From the NCBI RefSeq assembly GCF_963921235.1, contig NC_086097.1, positions 66,776,001-66,840,000 on the forward strand: a stretch of DNA of 64,000 nt, written 5' to 3'. The notes beneath the pieces were generated by a model. It did not search any database. It was not told the origin of the DNA and saw only the letters and a list, made by a program, of their open reading frames with translations. Each line of letters opens with the position of its first letter. Within the stretch, counting starts at the first letter, position 1. Shown here piece after piece: positions 1-10,885 of the stretch. The DNA is from Mobula hypostoma (lineage: Eukaryota). A program made the translations under genes and the position numbers.

Positions 1-1414
1 CAAGACATATAACCACACCCTAGACATTTCTGAACGTATAACATTTGAAAATTTTTCCCGACTTCCCACAGTGAGGCCTGAGCACCGACCCGCCTCAGTT
101 CAGAGGGATAACCTCTATCTTCACCCTGTGTTAGAGGGCCCTCAGCAGTTTGAATAATCATAGAGAATTTTCTCCTATTTATGTCTCGACCATATTGCTA
201 TCATTCAAGTTATTCCGCCTAGTTTATTTTCAGTTACCAGTTTTCATTTTACTTTTAAGTCCGATTTACTCTTTTCAGTCATTTCTCTTAATTAATCTGT
301 ATTCTCTGTACATTCGCGTCTGAATATTTGCAGCTTTTCCTTGTAGTTTGACACTCTGGTTCGAGTGGAGCGTCCTCGCCCCACTAACTGCCACGACTTC
401 TGCCGAATCCTCTCCAGTAGCGACTCCGGTTGGGTGATAACTTTAATAGGTAGTCCCCGGTCCGCCAGGTCCAACGTTGCCTCCTCCACCGTAGCGTAAG
501 TTTTTGTCCCTTCGTCGTAAAAGACTCTCAGCCGAGCTGGATACAGGGTCTGGAATCTGATGTTGTTTTCCTTCAGGACTCTCCGTGTTTCCGTATATTC
601 CTTCCGTCTGGCAAGAATCCCCGGTGCGTAGTCGTGGTCTAAACTGATTTTGCAGTTGTTCCACATGAAACCTTTCTTTTGCCATGCTCTTTTAAGCCCC
701 TCTTCCTTCGTTCTGTAATTGAGATATCTGATCAGAATCGATCTGGACTGGGCGCCTGCTGGAGACTGTGGTGCCAACGCGCGGTGAGCCCTTTCTATCT
801 GTAGGTCTTTTGCGGCCGGTATATCAAGGTTCTCTCTAAGCAGCTTCTCCACGAAGGGAATCATCAATCCGGGTTTACCTTCGGTTCCTTCGGGAACTCC
901 GTAGATCCTCACATTTTCCCTTCTCGAGCGGCCTTCTTGATCTATTAGTTTCCACTGGAGCTGGTCTTGTAGCTTCAGCATTTCTGCTATCACTTCCTCG
1001 GCGTTTTGTAGCTTCTCTTCAATTCCAACAATCCTCGCTTCGGCTTCATCTATCCGCGAGTTAGTTTTTACTATTTCTCCTTTAATATCCTCCAGCTGTT
1101 TGCTGTTATCTTGTCGGAACTCGCGAATCTCTCCGAGAATCAAAGACAGAGTCACCGATTCCCCCTCATTATCTCCGTCCTGGCTTGCCGTGGGGGAGCT
1201 AGGCCCGTCGCCTTGCTGCATCTCTTTATGTTTATCAGCCTTCGAAGCGGACTTTTTATTCTTGTTCTTAGACATCATCCTTGCCCCTTTTATTAATATA
1301 GTTATGCAATATTAAGTATTTGTCTAAATTCGATTTTGGGGCAGTTTACCTTCTTTTTTGTCGAGAGACCTTTTCCTTACGCCGCCATTCCCTTGATGAC
1401 CCGGAAGTCCCCCC
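1..1414 (-). mobile_element. LINE-1 5' portion (5' UTR, ORF1, inter-ORF spacer); continues off the left edge
   Basis: The minus strand begins GGGGGGACTTCCGGGTCATCAAGGGAATGGCGGCG, an L1-type 5' end with ETS/YY1-like motifs, followed by the ORF1p frame. Confidence 0.85.
292..1278 (-). CDS. L1 ORF1p (coiled coil, RRM, CTD), 328 aa, uninterrupted
   Basis: Heptad-rich N-terminal half, then GRSRRENVRIYGVPEG, IERAHR, DHDYAPGILARRKEY and YPARLRV motifs typical of L1 ORF1p. Confidence 0.92.
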   Translation of the reverse strand: MMSKNKNKKSASKADKHKEMQQGDGPSSPTASQDGDNEGESVTLSLILGEIREFRQDNSKQLEDIKGEIVKTNSRIDEAEARIVGIEEKLQNAEEVIAEMLKLQDQLQWKLIDQEGRSRRENVRIYGVPEGTEGKPGLMIPFVEKLLRENLDIPAAKDLQIERAHRALAPQSPAGAQSRSILIRYLNYRTKEEGLKRAWQKKGFMWNNCKISLDHDYAPGILARRKEYTETRRVLKENNIRFQTLYPARLRVFYDEGTKTYATVEEATLDLADRGLPIKVITQPESLLERIRQKSWQLVGRGRSTRTRVSNYKEKLQIFRRECTENTD

Positions 1415-1439
1415 AGCAATTCTCAACAATCAAACATTT

Positions 1440-1945
1440 TCAATGAGTTCTCCCCCACCTCCCCGCCTCATTCTCCTGAATTCCAGGTGGTACAGGCCCA
1501 AAGTCATCAATCAATCCTCATATGGAAACCTTTTCATGTCTGGAATTATCCTTGTGAACCTCCTTTGAACCCTCTCCAAAGTCAGCACATCGTTTCTTAG
1601 AAAAGGTGCTCAAAACTGCTCACAATACTCCAGGTAAGGCCTTCCCAGTGCCTTATAAAGACTAAACATTACATCCTTGCTTTTATATTCTAGTCTTCTC
1701 AAAATGAATGCTAACATTGCATTTGCCTTCCTTAACACCAACTCAACCTGCAAATTAACCTTTAGGACTCCCAAGTCCCTTTGTACCTGGGATTTTTGAA
1801 TTTTCTCTCCAATAAGAAAATGGTCAGTATTTTTATTTCTTCTAACAAAGGGCATGATCATAGAGTTCCCAACACTGTATTCTATATGCCACTTCTTTGC
1901 CTGTTCTCCTAATCTGGCCAAGTTGTTCTGCAGCCTCCTCAACAT
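1440..1945 (-). mobile_element. CR1 LINE RT C-terminal fragment, decayed
   Basis: ORF 1610..1954 contains QRDLGV, KANAMLAFI and LYKALGRPYLEYCEQF. Confidence 0.85.
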
Positions 1946-2338
1946 TACCTGCATCTCAATTTCATTGGCTCGACATTCAACACTAGATCACCTGGACAGT
2001 AAAGATGCATACATCAGGATGCTCTTTGTCAACTACTGCTCGGCATTCATTACGTACCATCATCCTCTCAAAACTAATTGATAAGCTTTAAGACCTTGGC
2101 CTCAATACCTCCTTGTGCAATCGGATCTTTGATTGTCTTACTTGCAGAGCACAGTCAGTTTAGATTTAGGCAACAACATCACCTCCACAATCTCCATCAG
2201 CACAGGTGCACCACATGGCTGTGTGCTTAGCCCCTGCTCTACTCACTGCTCTACTCGCTTATGACTGTGCAGCTAAGCACAGCGCCAATCCCAAAGTTAA
2301 ATTTGCTGTGACAGCATTGTTGTAGGCCAAATCAAGGG

Positions 2339-2432
2339 TGTTATGATATACTTGTACATGCACTCGTGAGCAGACGATTAAAGTTGGTGCACACGCGCCG
2401 TTGTCTTTATCGGAAATATCTATCTCGAAACA
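2339..2432 (+). repeat. 5' LTR (94 bp, TGTT...AACA)
   Basis: Direct repeat of 8675-8765 with TG...CA termini and an ATTAAA poly(A)-like signal. Confidence 0.95.
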
Positions 2433-2448
2433 TGGTGGCAGCGGTGGG
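2433..2448 (+). promoter_or_regulatory. Primer binding site, tRNA-Leu
   Basis: TGGTGGCAGCGGTGGG directly after the LTR is complementary to the vertebrate tRNA-Leu 3' end ...CCCACCGCTGCCACCA. Confidence 0.85.
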
Positions 2449-2561
2449 GCTCGGAAAACTGCTTTTTTCAACTGCAGCGCCCGGTTTTTTTCAACTTGCG
2501 ATTGGCAGCATAATAATAGCACAACTCTGAGACATCGGAGGGTGAGTGTAAGAGTAGAAAA

Positions 2562-3540
2562 ATGCCGACCGAGACGAGCAACCAGCTACAGATAGAGACA
2601 GCTGCAGTAGCAATGCCTGGAGGTGAGACAGCAGAATCTCAACGGCACCCGGCACCCGCGGGCGACCCTGTGCCCGGGAAGCATGGTCGGGGCGGAAGTC
2701 TTCCCCCAGGCAGCGGCATCCGCCTGCCACCGGCCGTGATGGTCAACTGCGGAGTGATAGACGGATGGAAGACATGGCAGTAGATGTGGACTAAGTACAG
2801 CATCGTAGCACAACTGCATGAACAGGTTCCAGCATACCAGATGGCATTATTGTTACATACAGGACTTGAGATCTACAACAGTTTTGTGTTTGCAAGGTGA
2901 TTTCGAATGCCACACGCCTTGCGCACCTGTCCATATGCTGGGCACTGAAGGCCAAGACCTCACAAAGATTTTAGCTGCATTTGACAGATATGCTATCAGT
3001 GAGAAAAATGAGACATATCAACGGTACTTGTTCGACAAGTGGCAACAAGAACAAGGTGAGACCTTTGAATCGTTTCTTGCCAGCCTTAGATTTCTTGCAA
3101 AGACATGTAATTTTTGCTCGTGTATGTCAGACAGTCTGCTGAGAGACAAGATCGTACTGGGCATTAATGGCTCCCAAACCAGAAAATGTCTGTTACAAGA
3201 GAGTAAGTTATCGCTCAATGGCTGCATTGGCATCTGTAAAAGCACAGAAGTGGCTGAATCACACCTACAAGCATTCAGTACAGCTGCAGACAGCAGGTCC
3301 GCTACTGTCCATGGGAGTAAACCTCGCGCTAACAAGAAAGGTTCAACGCATTCTGGACAGAAGGCTAGTGCTAGTGGTGGAGCCAGAGCAAAAGGCACCT
3401 TGAACAGCCACAGAAGCAAAGTGAACCCTTGCAAGTACTGTGGCACGGAACATGCAAGAGACAAGCAACAGTGCCTGGCATACGGACAGGTGTGCAAGGC
3501 GTGTGGCATTTGAAATCACTTTGCAAAGGTATGCAAGCAG
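2562..3540 (+). pseudogene. Gypsy gag, disrupted
   Basis: NETYQRYLF..WQQEQGETFESFLASLRFLAKTCNF and LRDKIVLGI motifs, plus double zinc knuckle CKYCGTEH..CLAYGQVCKACGI*NHFAKVC, with stops and frameshifts. Confidence 0.9.
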
Positions 3541-3771
3541 AAGCCCATGCATGGGGTGGAAGCACAAAGCGGTGACCAAACCGACAGTGACAGCAGCACC
3601 GAGCTTATCGACAATGTCATACTGGTAGTCAGCAGTCATCCTTGGAAGACAAGGATGACGTATTTGCACAGACGCTCATCGATGGAAAGCCAATAGACTT
3701 CCAAGTTGACAGCGGGGCAAGCATTAATATTTTACCCCGCAAATACTTGGAGGGAGTAGACCACACACTTA

Positions 3772-4286
3772 AGGCTGATTTACACTTGTGCATCAAATGG
3801 ACGCTGTAACCTACGCAAGTGGCCTACGCGCGTTGTGAGCATTTATACTTGTGCGTTGGTGTGTCTGTGTCGCTCTGCAATTCGGGCACATCGCGCATGC
3901 ACACACACCTGCCTGTGCAAGGCTTCATGGTCATGGCAGTCTTTCTTGGGGTAAACAAGTTTAAAGCGAGCGTCTTTTTTCGTAAAAGCGAAATGTGTCC
4001 TCCATAATTTTGGCAGTCTGTAAAGCTTTATGGAAAGCTTTGCAGCCAGAGTTCCTTCTCTGCCCTTCAGTTGCCCAATGGGAAGCTATTGCAGCGTAGG
4101 AGGAAATGCGATGCTACCAGGCAGACCAATCACAGTTGTTGCAGTCTGCGTTGCTGCAACGCGTAGTTACATTTTGGGAGAGATGCGTGTCAGGCTACGG
4201 CGTAGGGATCCGCGTAGACTCTGTGTAGGGTTCGCGGCGACGTCGTACCTATGGCGTCGAGTTGACGCACAAGTATAAATCAGCCT
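3772..4286. mobile_element. Non-autonomous DNA transposon (MITE) inserted in the Gypsy protease
   Basis: ~25-bp TIRs AGGCTGATTTACACTTGTGCATCAA / TTGACGCACAAGTATAAATCAGCCT in a TTAA context; no coding capacity. Confidence 0.9.
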
Positions 4287-5039
4287 TAAGACAATGCACA
4301 AAAAAGCTGATGATGTGGAACAAGACCACCATGGATGGTAACCCCATGAGGAACCACAAGTATTCTGTCGAATTTGTCGTGGTCACTGACAACTTTACAC
4401 CATTGCTGGGAAGCAGGGCCAGCCAGCAAATGAAGCTGATTACGGTCAACGATGACAACTTTCGCAGGGTGCATGCATCTACACTTAAAGAAAAACAATG
4501 CACTCCAGAAGAACGCTATGCAGAAGTGTTCGATGATGTGCTCGGGGAGCTTCCGGGTGCAGCCCATCTGCAGATCGATGAGGATTTTCAACCCACAGTG
4601 TTACCCCCACCACGTCTGCCTCACGCTATGAAGCGGAAAGTGATCAACTGGTAGACCGCAAGGTGATAGCTCCAGTCCATGAACCTACAAGGTGGGTTAG
4701 CCAGTTAGTGGTCGCAGAGAAGAACGGCAATCTTCGTATATGCATTGACCCTCGACCATTGAACAAAGCGCTGAGGAGAGAAATCACTTTGCAAAGGTAT
4801 GCAAGCAGAAGCCCATGCATGGGGTGGAAGCACAAAGCGGTGACCAAACCGACAGTGACAGCAGCACCGAGCTTATCGACAATGTCATACTGGTAGTCAG
4901 CAGTCATCCTTGGAAGACAAGGATGACGTATTTGCACAGACGCTCATCGATGGAAAGCCAATAGACTTCCAAGTTGACAGCGGGGCAAGCATTAATATTT
5001 TACCCCGCAAATACTTGGAGGGAGTAGACCACACACTTA

Positions 5040-5554
5040 AGGCTGATTTACACTTGTGCATCAAATGGACGCTGTAACCTACGCAAGTGGCCTACGCGCG
5101 TTGTGAGCATTTATACTTGTGCGTTGGTGTGTCTGTGTCGCTCTGCAATTCGGGCACATCGCGCATGCACACACACCTGCCTGTGCAAGGCTTCATGGTC
5201 ATGGCAGTCTTTCTTGGGGTAAACAAGTTTAAAGCGAGCGTCTTTTTTCGTAAAAGCGAAATGTGTCCTCCATAATTTTGGCAGTCTGTAAAGCTTTATG
5301 GAAAGCTTTGCAGCCAGAGTTCCTTCTCTGCCCTTCAGTTGCCCAATGGGAAGCTATTGCAGCGTAGGAGGAAATGCGATGCTACCAGGCAGACCAATCA
5401 CAGTTGTTGCAGTCTGCGTTGCTGCAACGCGTAGTTACATTTTGGGAGAGATGCGTGTCAGGCTACGGCGTAGGGATCCGCGTAGACTCTGTGTAGGGTT
5501 CGCGGCGACGTCGTACCTATGGCGTCGAGTTGACGCACAAGTATAAATCAGCCT
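5040..5554. mobile_element. Second MITE copy, produced by the 1268-bp duplication
   Basis: Same sequence and flanks as 3772-4286, offset by 1268 bp. Confidence 0.9.
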
Positions 5555-8211
5555 TAAGACAATGCACAAAAAAGCTGATGATGTGGAACAAGACCACCAT
5601 GGATGGTAACCCCATGAGGAACCACAAGTATTCTGTCGAATTTGTCGTGGTCACTGACAACTTTACACCATTGCTGGGAAGCAGGGCCAGCCAGCAAATG
5701 AAGCTGATTACGGTCAACGATGACAACTTTCGCAGGGTGCATGCATCTACACTTAAAGAAAAACAATGCACTCCAGAAGAACGCTATGCAGAAGTGTTCG
5801 ATGATGTGCTCGGGGAGCTTCCGGGTGCAGCCCATCTGCAGATCGATGAGGATTTTCAACCCACAGTGTTACCCCCACCACGTCTGCCTCACGCTATGAA
5901 GCGGAAAGTGATCAACTGGTAGACCGCAAGGTGATAGCTCCAGTCCATGAACCTACAAGGTGGGTTAGCCAGTTAGTGGTCGCAGAGAAGAACGGCAATC
6001 TTCGTATATGCATTGACCCTCGACCATTGAACAAAGCGCTGAGGAGAGAACACTACCCCCTTCCGGTGATAGAGGACATTTTGCCAGCTCTTGACCAGGC
6101 TAAGGTTTTCAGCAAGCTTGATATGAGTTCTGCATTCTGGCAAGTGAAATTGGACAGTGAATCAAGCGTGCTCAACACTTTCAACACACCTTTTGGGCAG
6201 TATAGATGGCTCAGACTCCCATTTGGAACCAGTGTTTCATCAGAGATCTTCCAGCACAGGCTGCATCAGGCGCTGGAAGGTCTACTGGGAGTGATCTGCG
6301 TCGCATACAACATTCTGGTGTACGGAAAAGGGGAAATGCAGGAAAAGGCAATCGCTGATCATGATGTGAAACTTGAGCAGCTATTACAGCGTTGTGCAGG
6401 GCAGCATATCAGGCTCAACAAGAACAAATCTGTCTTCAGAGTGACAGAGATACCCTGTTTGGGGCATCTCGTCACAAGTGAGGGACTTCACCCTGATCCT
6501 AAAAAAGGTCACTGACGTCCTCAACATGCCAGCACCCACGGATGTGCGGGGAGTGCAGCGATTGGTCGGATTCGTCAACTACCTGAGCCGTTTTCTACCA
6601 AGTCTCTCAGATACCCTTGAGCCAATAAGACAGCTGACAAAGCCAGATGTAGCATGGGAGTGGTCGGCTGAGCAGCAAAACGCTCTCTCCAAGATCAAGC
6701 GATGGCATCCGAAGCACCGGTGTTAGCATACTACAATTCTAAGGAAGAACTAACCATCCAGTGTGACGCCAACAACAAGGGCCTAGGGGCAGCACTCCTC
6801 CAGAATGGACGTCCGATCGCATATGCAAGCAGAGCGCTAACGGACACAGAACTGCGTTATGCAGCGATCGAAAAGAAAATGCTCGCAATCATTTTCGCAC
6901 TTGAGCGTTTTCATCAATACACTTTTGGCCACTTCACAAGAGTACTCAGCGATCACAAGCCGCACCTCGCGGATACGCTATCACGAGCAGTTAGGGGTAC
7001 TCCAGGCCAGGAGAACAGCTTCGACGAAGGCAATATGCTATTGCACCTGTCAATCCGCGATGAGCATCTAGAGCAGATTCACATAGAAACAGCGAAAGAT
7101 AACACACTGCAGATGTTGAAACGTGTAATCATCAGTGGATGGCCGAGCGAACGTGATGCGCTACCAGAGCAAATTACACCTTACTATAGCTATAGAGATG
7201 AGCTCGCAGTCCAAGATGGCTCAATCTTCAAAGGTGAGCATGTCATCATACCGCAAAGTGAGCGAAAGAATTCATTCGTCACACTTGGGCAGAGAAGGAT
7301 GCCTCATATGCGCACGCAAATGTCTTTTTTGGCCAGCCATGAGCAATATATTGCTACATGTGATATTTGTCGCACATACGAAATGAGTCAGCAGAAAGAA
7401 TCGCTTATGAGTCATGAGGTGCCTGCTTGGCCATAGGAAAAGATAGGTACCGACCTGTTTACACTCGAAGGAAAAGAGTACCTCATCACCGTTGACTACT
7501 ACAGCAATTTCTTTGAGGTAGATCTTCTTTGCGATACGACCAGCACAGCCATTATTCACAAATTGAAGGCTCATTTTGCGAGATATGGTAGCTGAACACG
7601 AGTGGTTAGTGATAATGGGCCACAATACACGTCAGCGGAGTTTCACAGATTTGCATGAGAATGGGATTTTGAGCACTTGTGTAGCAGCCCCGGAAATAGC
7701 AGAGTGAATGGAAAAGCTGAATCAGCAGTTGAGACAGCTAAGCGGATCCTCACAAAGAGCGACAAATCGCGAGCAGATCCCTACCTCGCACTTCTAGACC
7801 ATCGCAACACACCCTCGCAAGGGCTCAGCACAAGTCCTGCCAGCGTTTGATGGATCGCTGCACACACACGCTCCAGCCTACAACAGCGAGCTTACTGGAA
7901 CCCAGAGTTGTACGCGAACATGAGCGTAAGAAACAACGCGTCCAGCAGCAGGCCGACAATTACAACAAATCAGCCAAAGATCTTGCCCCACTCGACGAAG
8001 GGGATATCATGTGCATGCAACCCTTGGTGCAAGGTAGAAACAATTGGGAGAAAGCAATTGTGTGTCGGCACCTTGATGAGCATTCATATGTAGTTCAAAC
8101 CCCTTCTGGGACCTACCAACGTAATCGCACACATCTACAAAAGACAGCCGAGGAACCGCCTGAAAAGCTAATCACATATGAACAGGCAAAACTAGGTCAA
8201 ACAACCGAGAT

Positions 8212-8339
8212 CAATGACCACAGTGTGCCTACCGCATCAAATGCACACAGCCAAACACTAGCAGAGCCTAATGACAATGACCACAGTGTGCCTACCGCAT
8301 CAAGTGCACACAGCCAAACACTAGCAGAGCCTAATGACA
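8212..8339 (+). repeat. 63-bp in-frame tandem duplication in the pol tail
   Basis: NDHSVPTAS(N/S)AHSQTLAEPND occurs twice. Confidence 0.9.
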
Positions 8340-8663
8340 CAACACAAACACTAACACAAACGTTGAAACATGCAAATAACAAACAACAGGATTCAGACAA
8401 AACAGTAAAAACTCATTCTGGCAGCACAGTGAAAAGGCTACAATAGCTAGAAGACTTTGTCCCACATTGAACAATTGCATGAATAATTGAACAATAAGTC
8501 TGTTATACTATTTGGCATTTTAATGTCATGTTTATACTCAAAGAAGGACCATGTCCCATTTGAGGTTGTGTAGTTTGTAGTTTGAAGTTGAAGTCCAATT
8601 TTAGTATGTTTTATATTTTGTATATATGCTCATACAATTGGGAATAATGGGCATGTATTTGAT

Positions 8664-8674
8664 AAAAAGGGGGA
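8664..8674 (+). promoter_or_regulatory. Polypurine tract
   Basis: AAAAAGGGGGA abuts the 3' LTR. Confidence 0.9.
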
Positions 8675-8765
8675 TGTTATAATATACTTGTACATGCACT
8701 GGTGAGCAGACGATTAAGGTTGGTGCACATGCGCTGTTTTTATCTGAAATATCTGTCTCGAAATA
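8675..8765 (+). repeat. 3' LTR (91 bp; terminal CA mutated to TA)
   Basis: By-eye alignment to the 5' LTR shows 8 substitutions and one 3-bp deletion. Confidence 0.95.
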
Positions 8766-8977
8766 AAGGGAGGTGATGAATTAGCATATTAGAGGGAGAT
8801 TTAAAACCTGACTGAGTGGTGAAACAACAACAACCTCTTACTCAATCTCAGCAAGATCAAGGATCAGATTATTGACTTCAGGAGGAAACCGGTGGTCCAT
8901 GAGCCAGTCCTCATCAGGGAGTAGGAGATGCAGAGGGTCAGCAACTATAAATTCCTCGGTGTTATTATTTCAGAGGA

Positions 8978-10885
8978 CATAGAAACATAAACATAGAAAA
9001 TAGGTGCAGGAGTAGGCCATTTGGCCCTTCGAGCCTGCACCGCCATTCAGTATGATCATGGCTGATCATCCAACTCAGAACCCTGTACCAGCCTTCCCTC
9101 CATACCCACTGATTCCTTTAGCCACAAGGGCCATATCTAACTCCCTCTTAAATATAGCCAATGAACTGGCCTCAACTGTTTCCTATGGCAGAGAATTCCA
9201 CAGATTCACCACTCTCTGTGTGAAGAAGTTTTTCCTAATCTCGGTCCTAAAAGGCTTCCCCTTTATCCTCAAACTGTGACCTCTCGTTCTGGACTTCCCC
9301 AACATCGGGAACAGTCTTCCTGCATCTAGCCTGTCCAATCCCTTTAGGATTTTATACGTTTCAATCAGATCCCCCCCTCAATCTTCTAAATTCCAATGAG
9401 TATAAGCCTAGTTCATCCAGTCTTTCATTATCCCAGGAATCAATCTGGTGAACCTTCTTTGTACTCCCTCTATGGCAAGGATGGCTTTCCTCAGATTAGG
9501 GGACCAAAACTGCACACAATACTCCAGGTGTGGTCTCACCAAGGCCTTGTACAACTGCAGTAGTACCTCCCTGCTCCTGTACTTGAATCCTCTCGCTATA
9601 AATGCCAGCATACCATTCGCCTTTTTCACCACCTGCTGTACCTGCATGCCCACTTTCAATGACTGGTGTATAATGACACCCAGGTCTCGTTGCACCTCCC
9701 CTTTTCCTAATCAGCCACCATTCAGATAATAATCTGTTTTCCTGTTTTTGCCACCAAAGTGGATAACTTCACATTTATCCACATTAAATTGCATCTGCCA
9801 TGAATTTGCCCACTCACCTAACCTATCCAAGTCACCCTGCATCCTCTTAGCATCCTCCTCACAGCTAACACTGCCACCCAGCTTCGTGTCATCCGCAAAC
9901 TTGGAGATGCTGCATTTAATTCCCTCATCCAAGTCATTAATATATATTGTAAACAACTGGGGTCCCAGCACTGAGCCTTGCGGTACCCCACTAGTCACTG
10001 CCTGCCATTCTGAAAAGGTCCCGTTTATTCCCACTCTTTGCTTCCTGTCTGCCAACCAATTCTCTATCCACATCAATACCTTACCCCCAATACCGTGTGC
10101 TTTAAGTTTGCACACTCATCTCCTGTGTGGGACCTTGTCAAGAGCCTTTTGAAAATCCAAATATACCACATCCACTGGTTCTCCCCTATCCACTCTACTA
10201 GTTACATCCTCAAAAAATTCTATGAGATTCGTCAGACATGATTTTCCTTTCACAAATCCATGCTGACTTTGTCCGATGATTTCACCGCTTTCCAAATGTG
10301 CTGTTATCACATCTTTGATAACTGACTCTAGCAGTTTCCCCACCACCGATATTAGGCTAACCGGTCTATAATTCCCTGGTTTCTCTCTCCCTCCTTTTTT
10401 AAAAAGTGTGGTTACATTAACCACCCTCCAATCCTCAGGAACTAGTCCAGAATCTAAAGAGTTTTGAAAAATTATCACTAATGCATCCACTATTTCTTGG
10501 GCTACTTCCTTAAGCACTCTGGGATGCAGACCATCTGGCCCTGGGGATTTATCTGCCTTTAATCCCTTCAATTTACCTAACACCACTTCCCTACTAACAG
10601 GTATTTCCCTCAGTTCCTCCATCTCACTGGACCCTCTTTCCCCTACTATTTCCGGAAGATTATTTATGTCCTCCTTAGTGAAGACAGAACCAAAGTAATT
10701 ATTCAGTTGGTCTGCCATGTCCTTGCTCCCCATAATCAATTCACCTGTTTCTGTCTGTAGGGGACCTACGTTTGTCTTAACCAATTTTTTTCTTTTCACA
10801 TATCTATAAAAGCTTTTACAGTCAGTTTTTATGTTCCCTGCCAGTTTTCTCTCATAATCTTTTTTCCCCTTCCTAATTAAGCCCT
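8978..10885 (-). mobile_element. CR1 LINE family A, 5'-truncated
   Basis: RT ORFs 10116..11003, 9711..10115 (FADD) and 9408..9695; (TTTCTATG)n-type 3' tail; near-identical to 52977-55652. Confidence 0.95.

Larger units (their letters stand above)
3512..6050 (+). repeat. Tandem duplication, 2 x 1268 bp
   Basis: 3512-4779 is repeated at 4780-6047; identical ORF translations at +1268; GAA microhomology at the junction. Confidence 0.95.
3658..8150 (+). pseudogene. Gypsy pol (protease, RT, RNase H, integrase), frameshifted, MITE-interrupted, partly duplicated
   Basis: Protease FQVDSGASINILP; RT LRICIDPRPLNKAL, LDMSSAFWQ, RLPFG, with the catalytic motif decayed to VAYNIL; RNase H IQCDANNKGLGAALLQ; integrase IGTDLF, VDYYSNF, SDNGPQY. 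Confidence 0.92.
2339..8765 (+). mobile_element. Ty3/Gypsy LTR retrotransposon (probably Mag lineage), full length, decayed
   Basis: Paired LTRs, AAGGG 5-bp TSD (2334-2338, 8766-8770), PBS, PPT, and gag-PR-RT-RH-IN domain order. Confidence 0.95.

Noticed and set aside
3018..3669. Antisense ORFs over gag, and similar ones over CR1 RTs (e.g. 9748, 31522, 54960)
   Set aside because: Shadow frames of TE coding sequence with no independent motifs.
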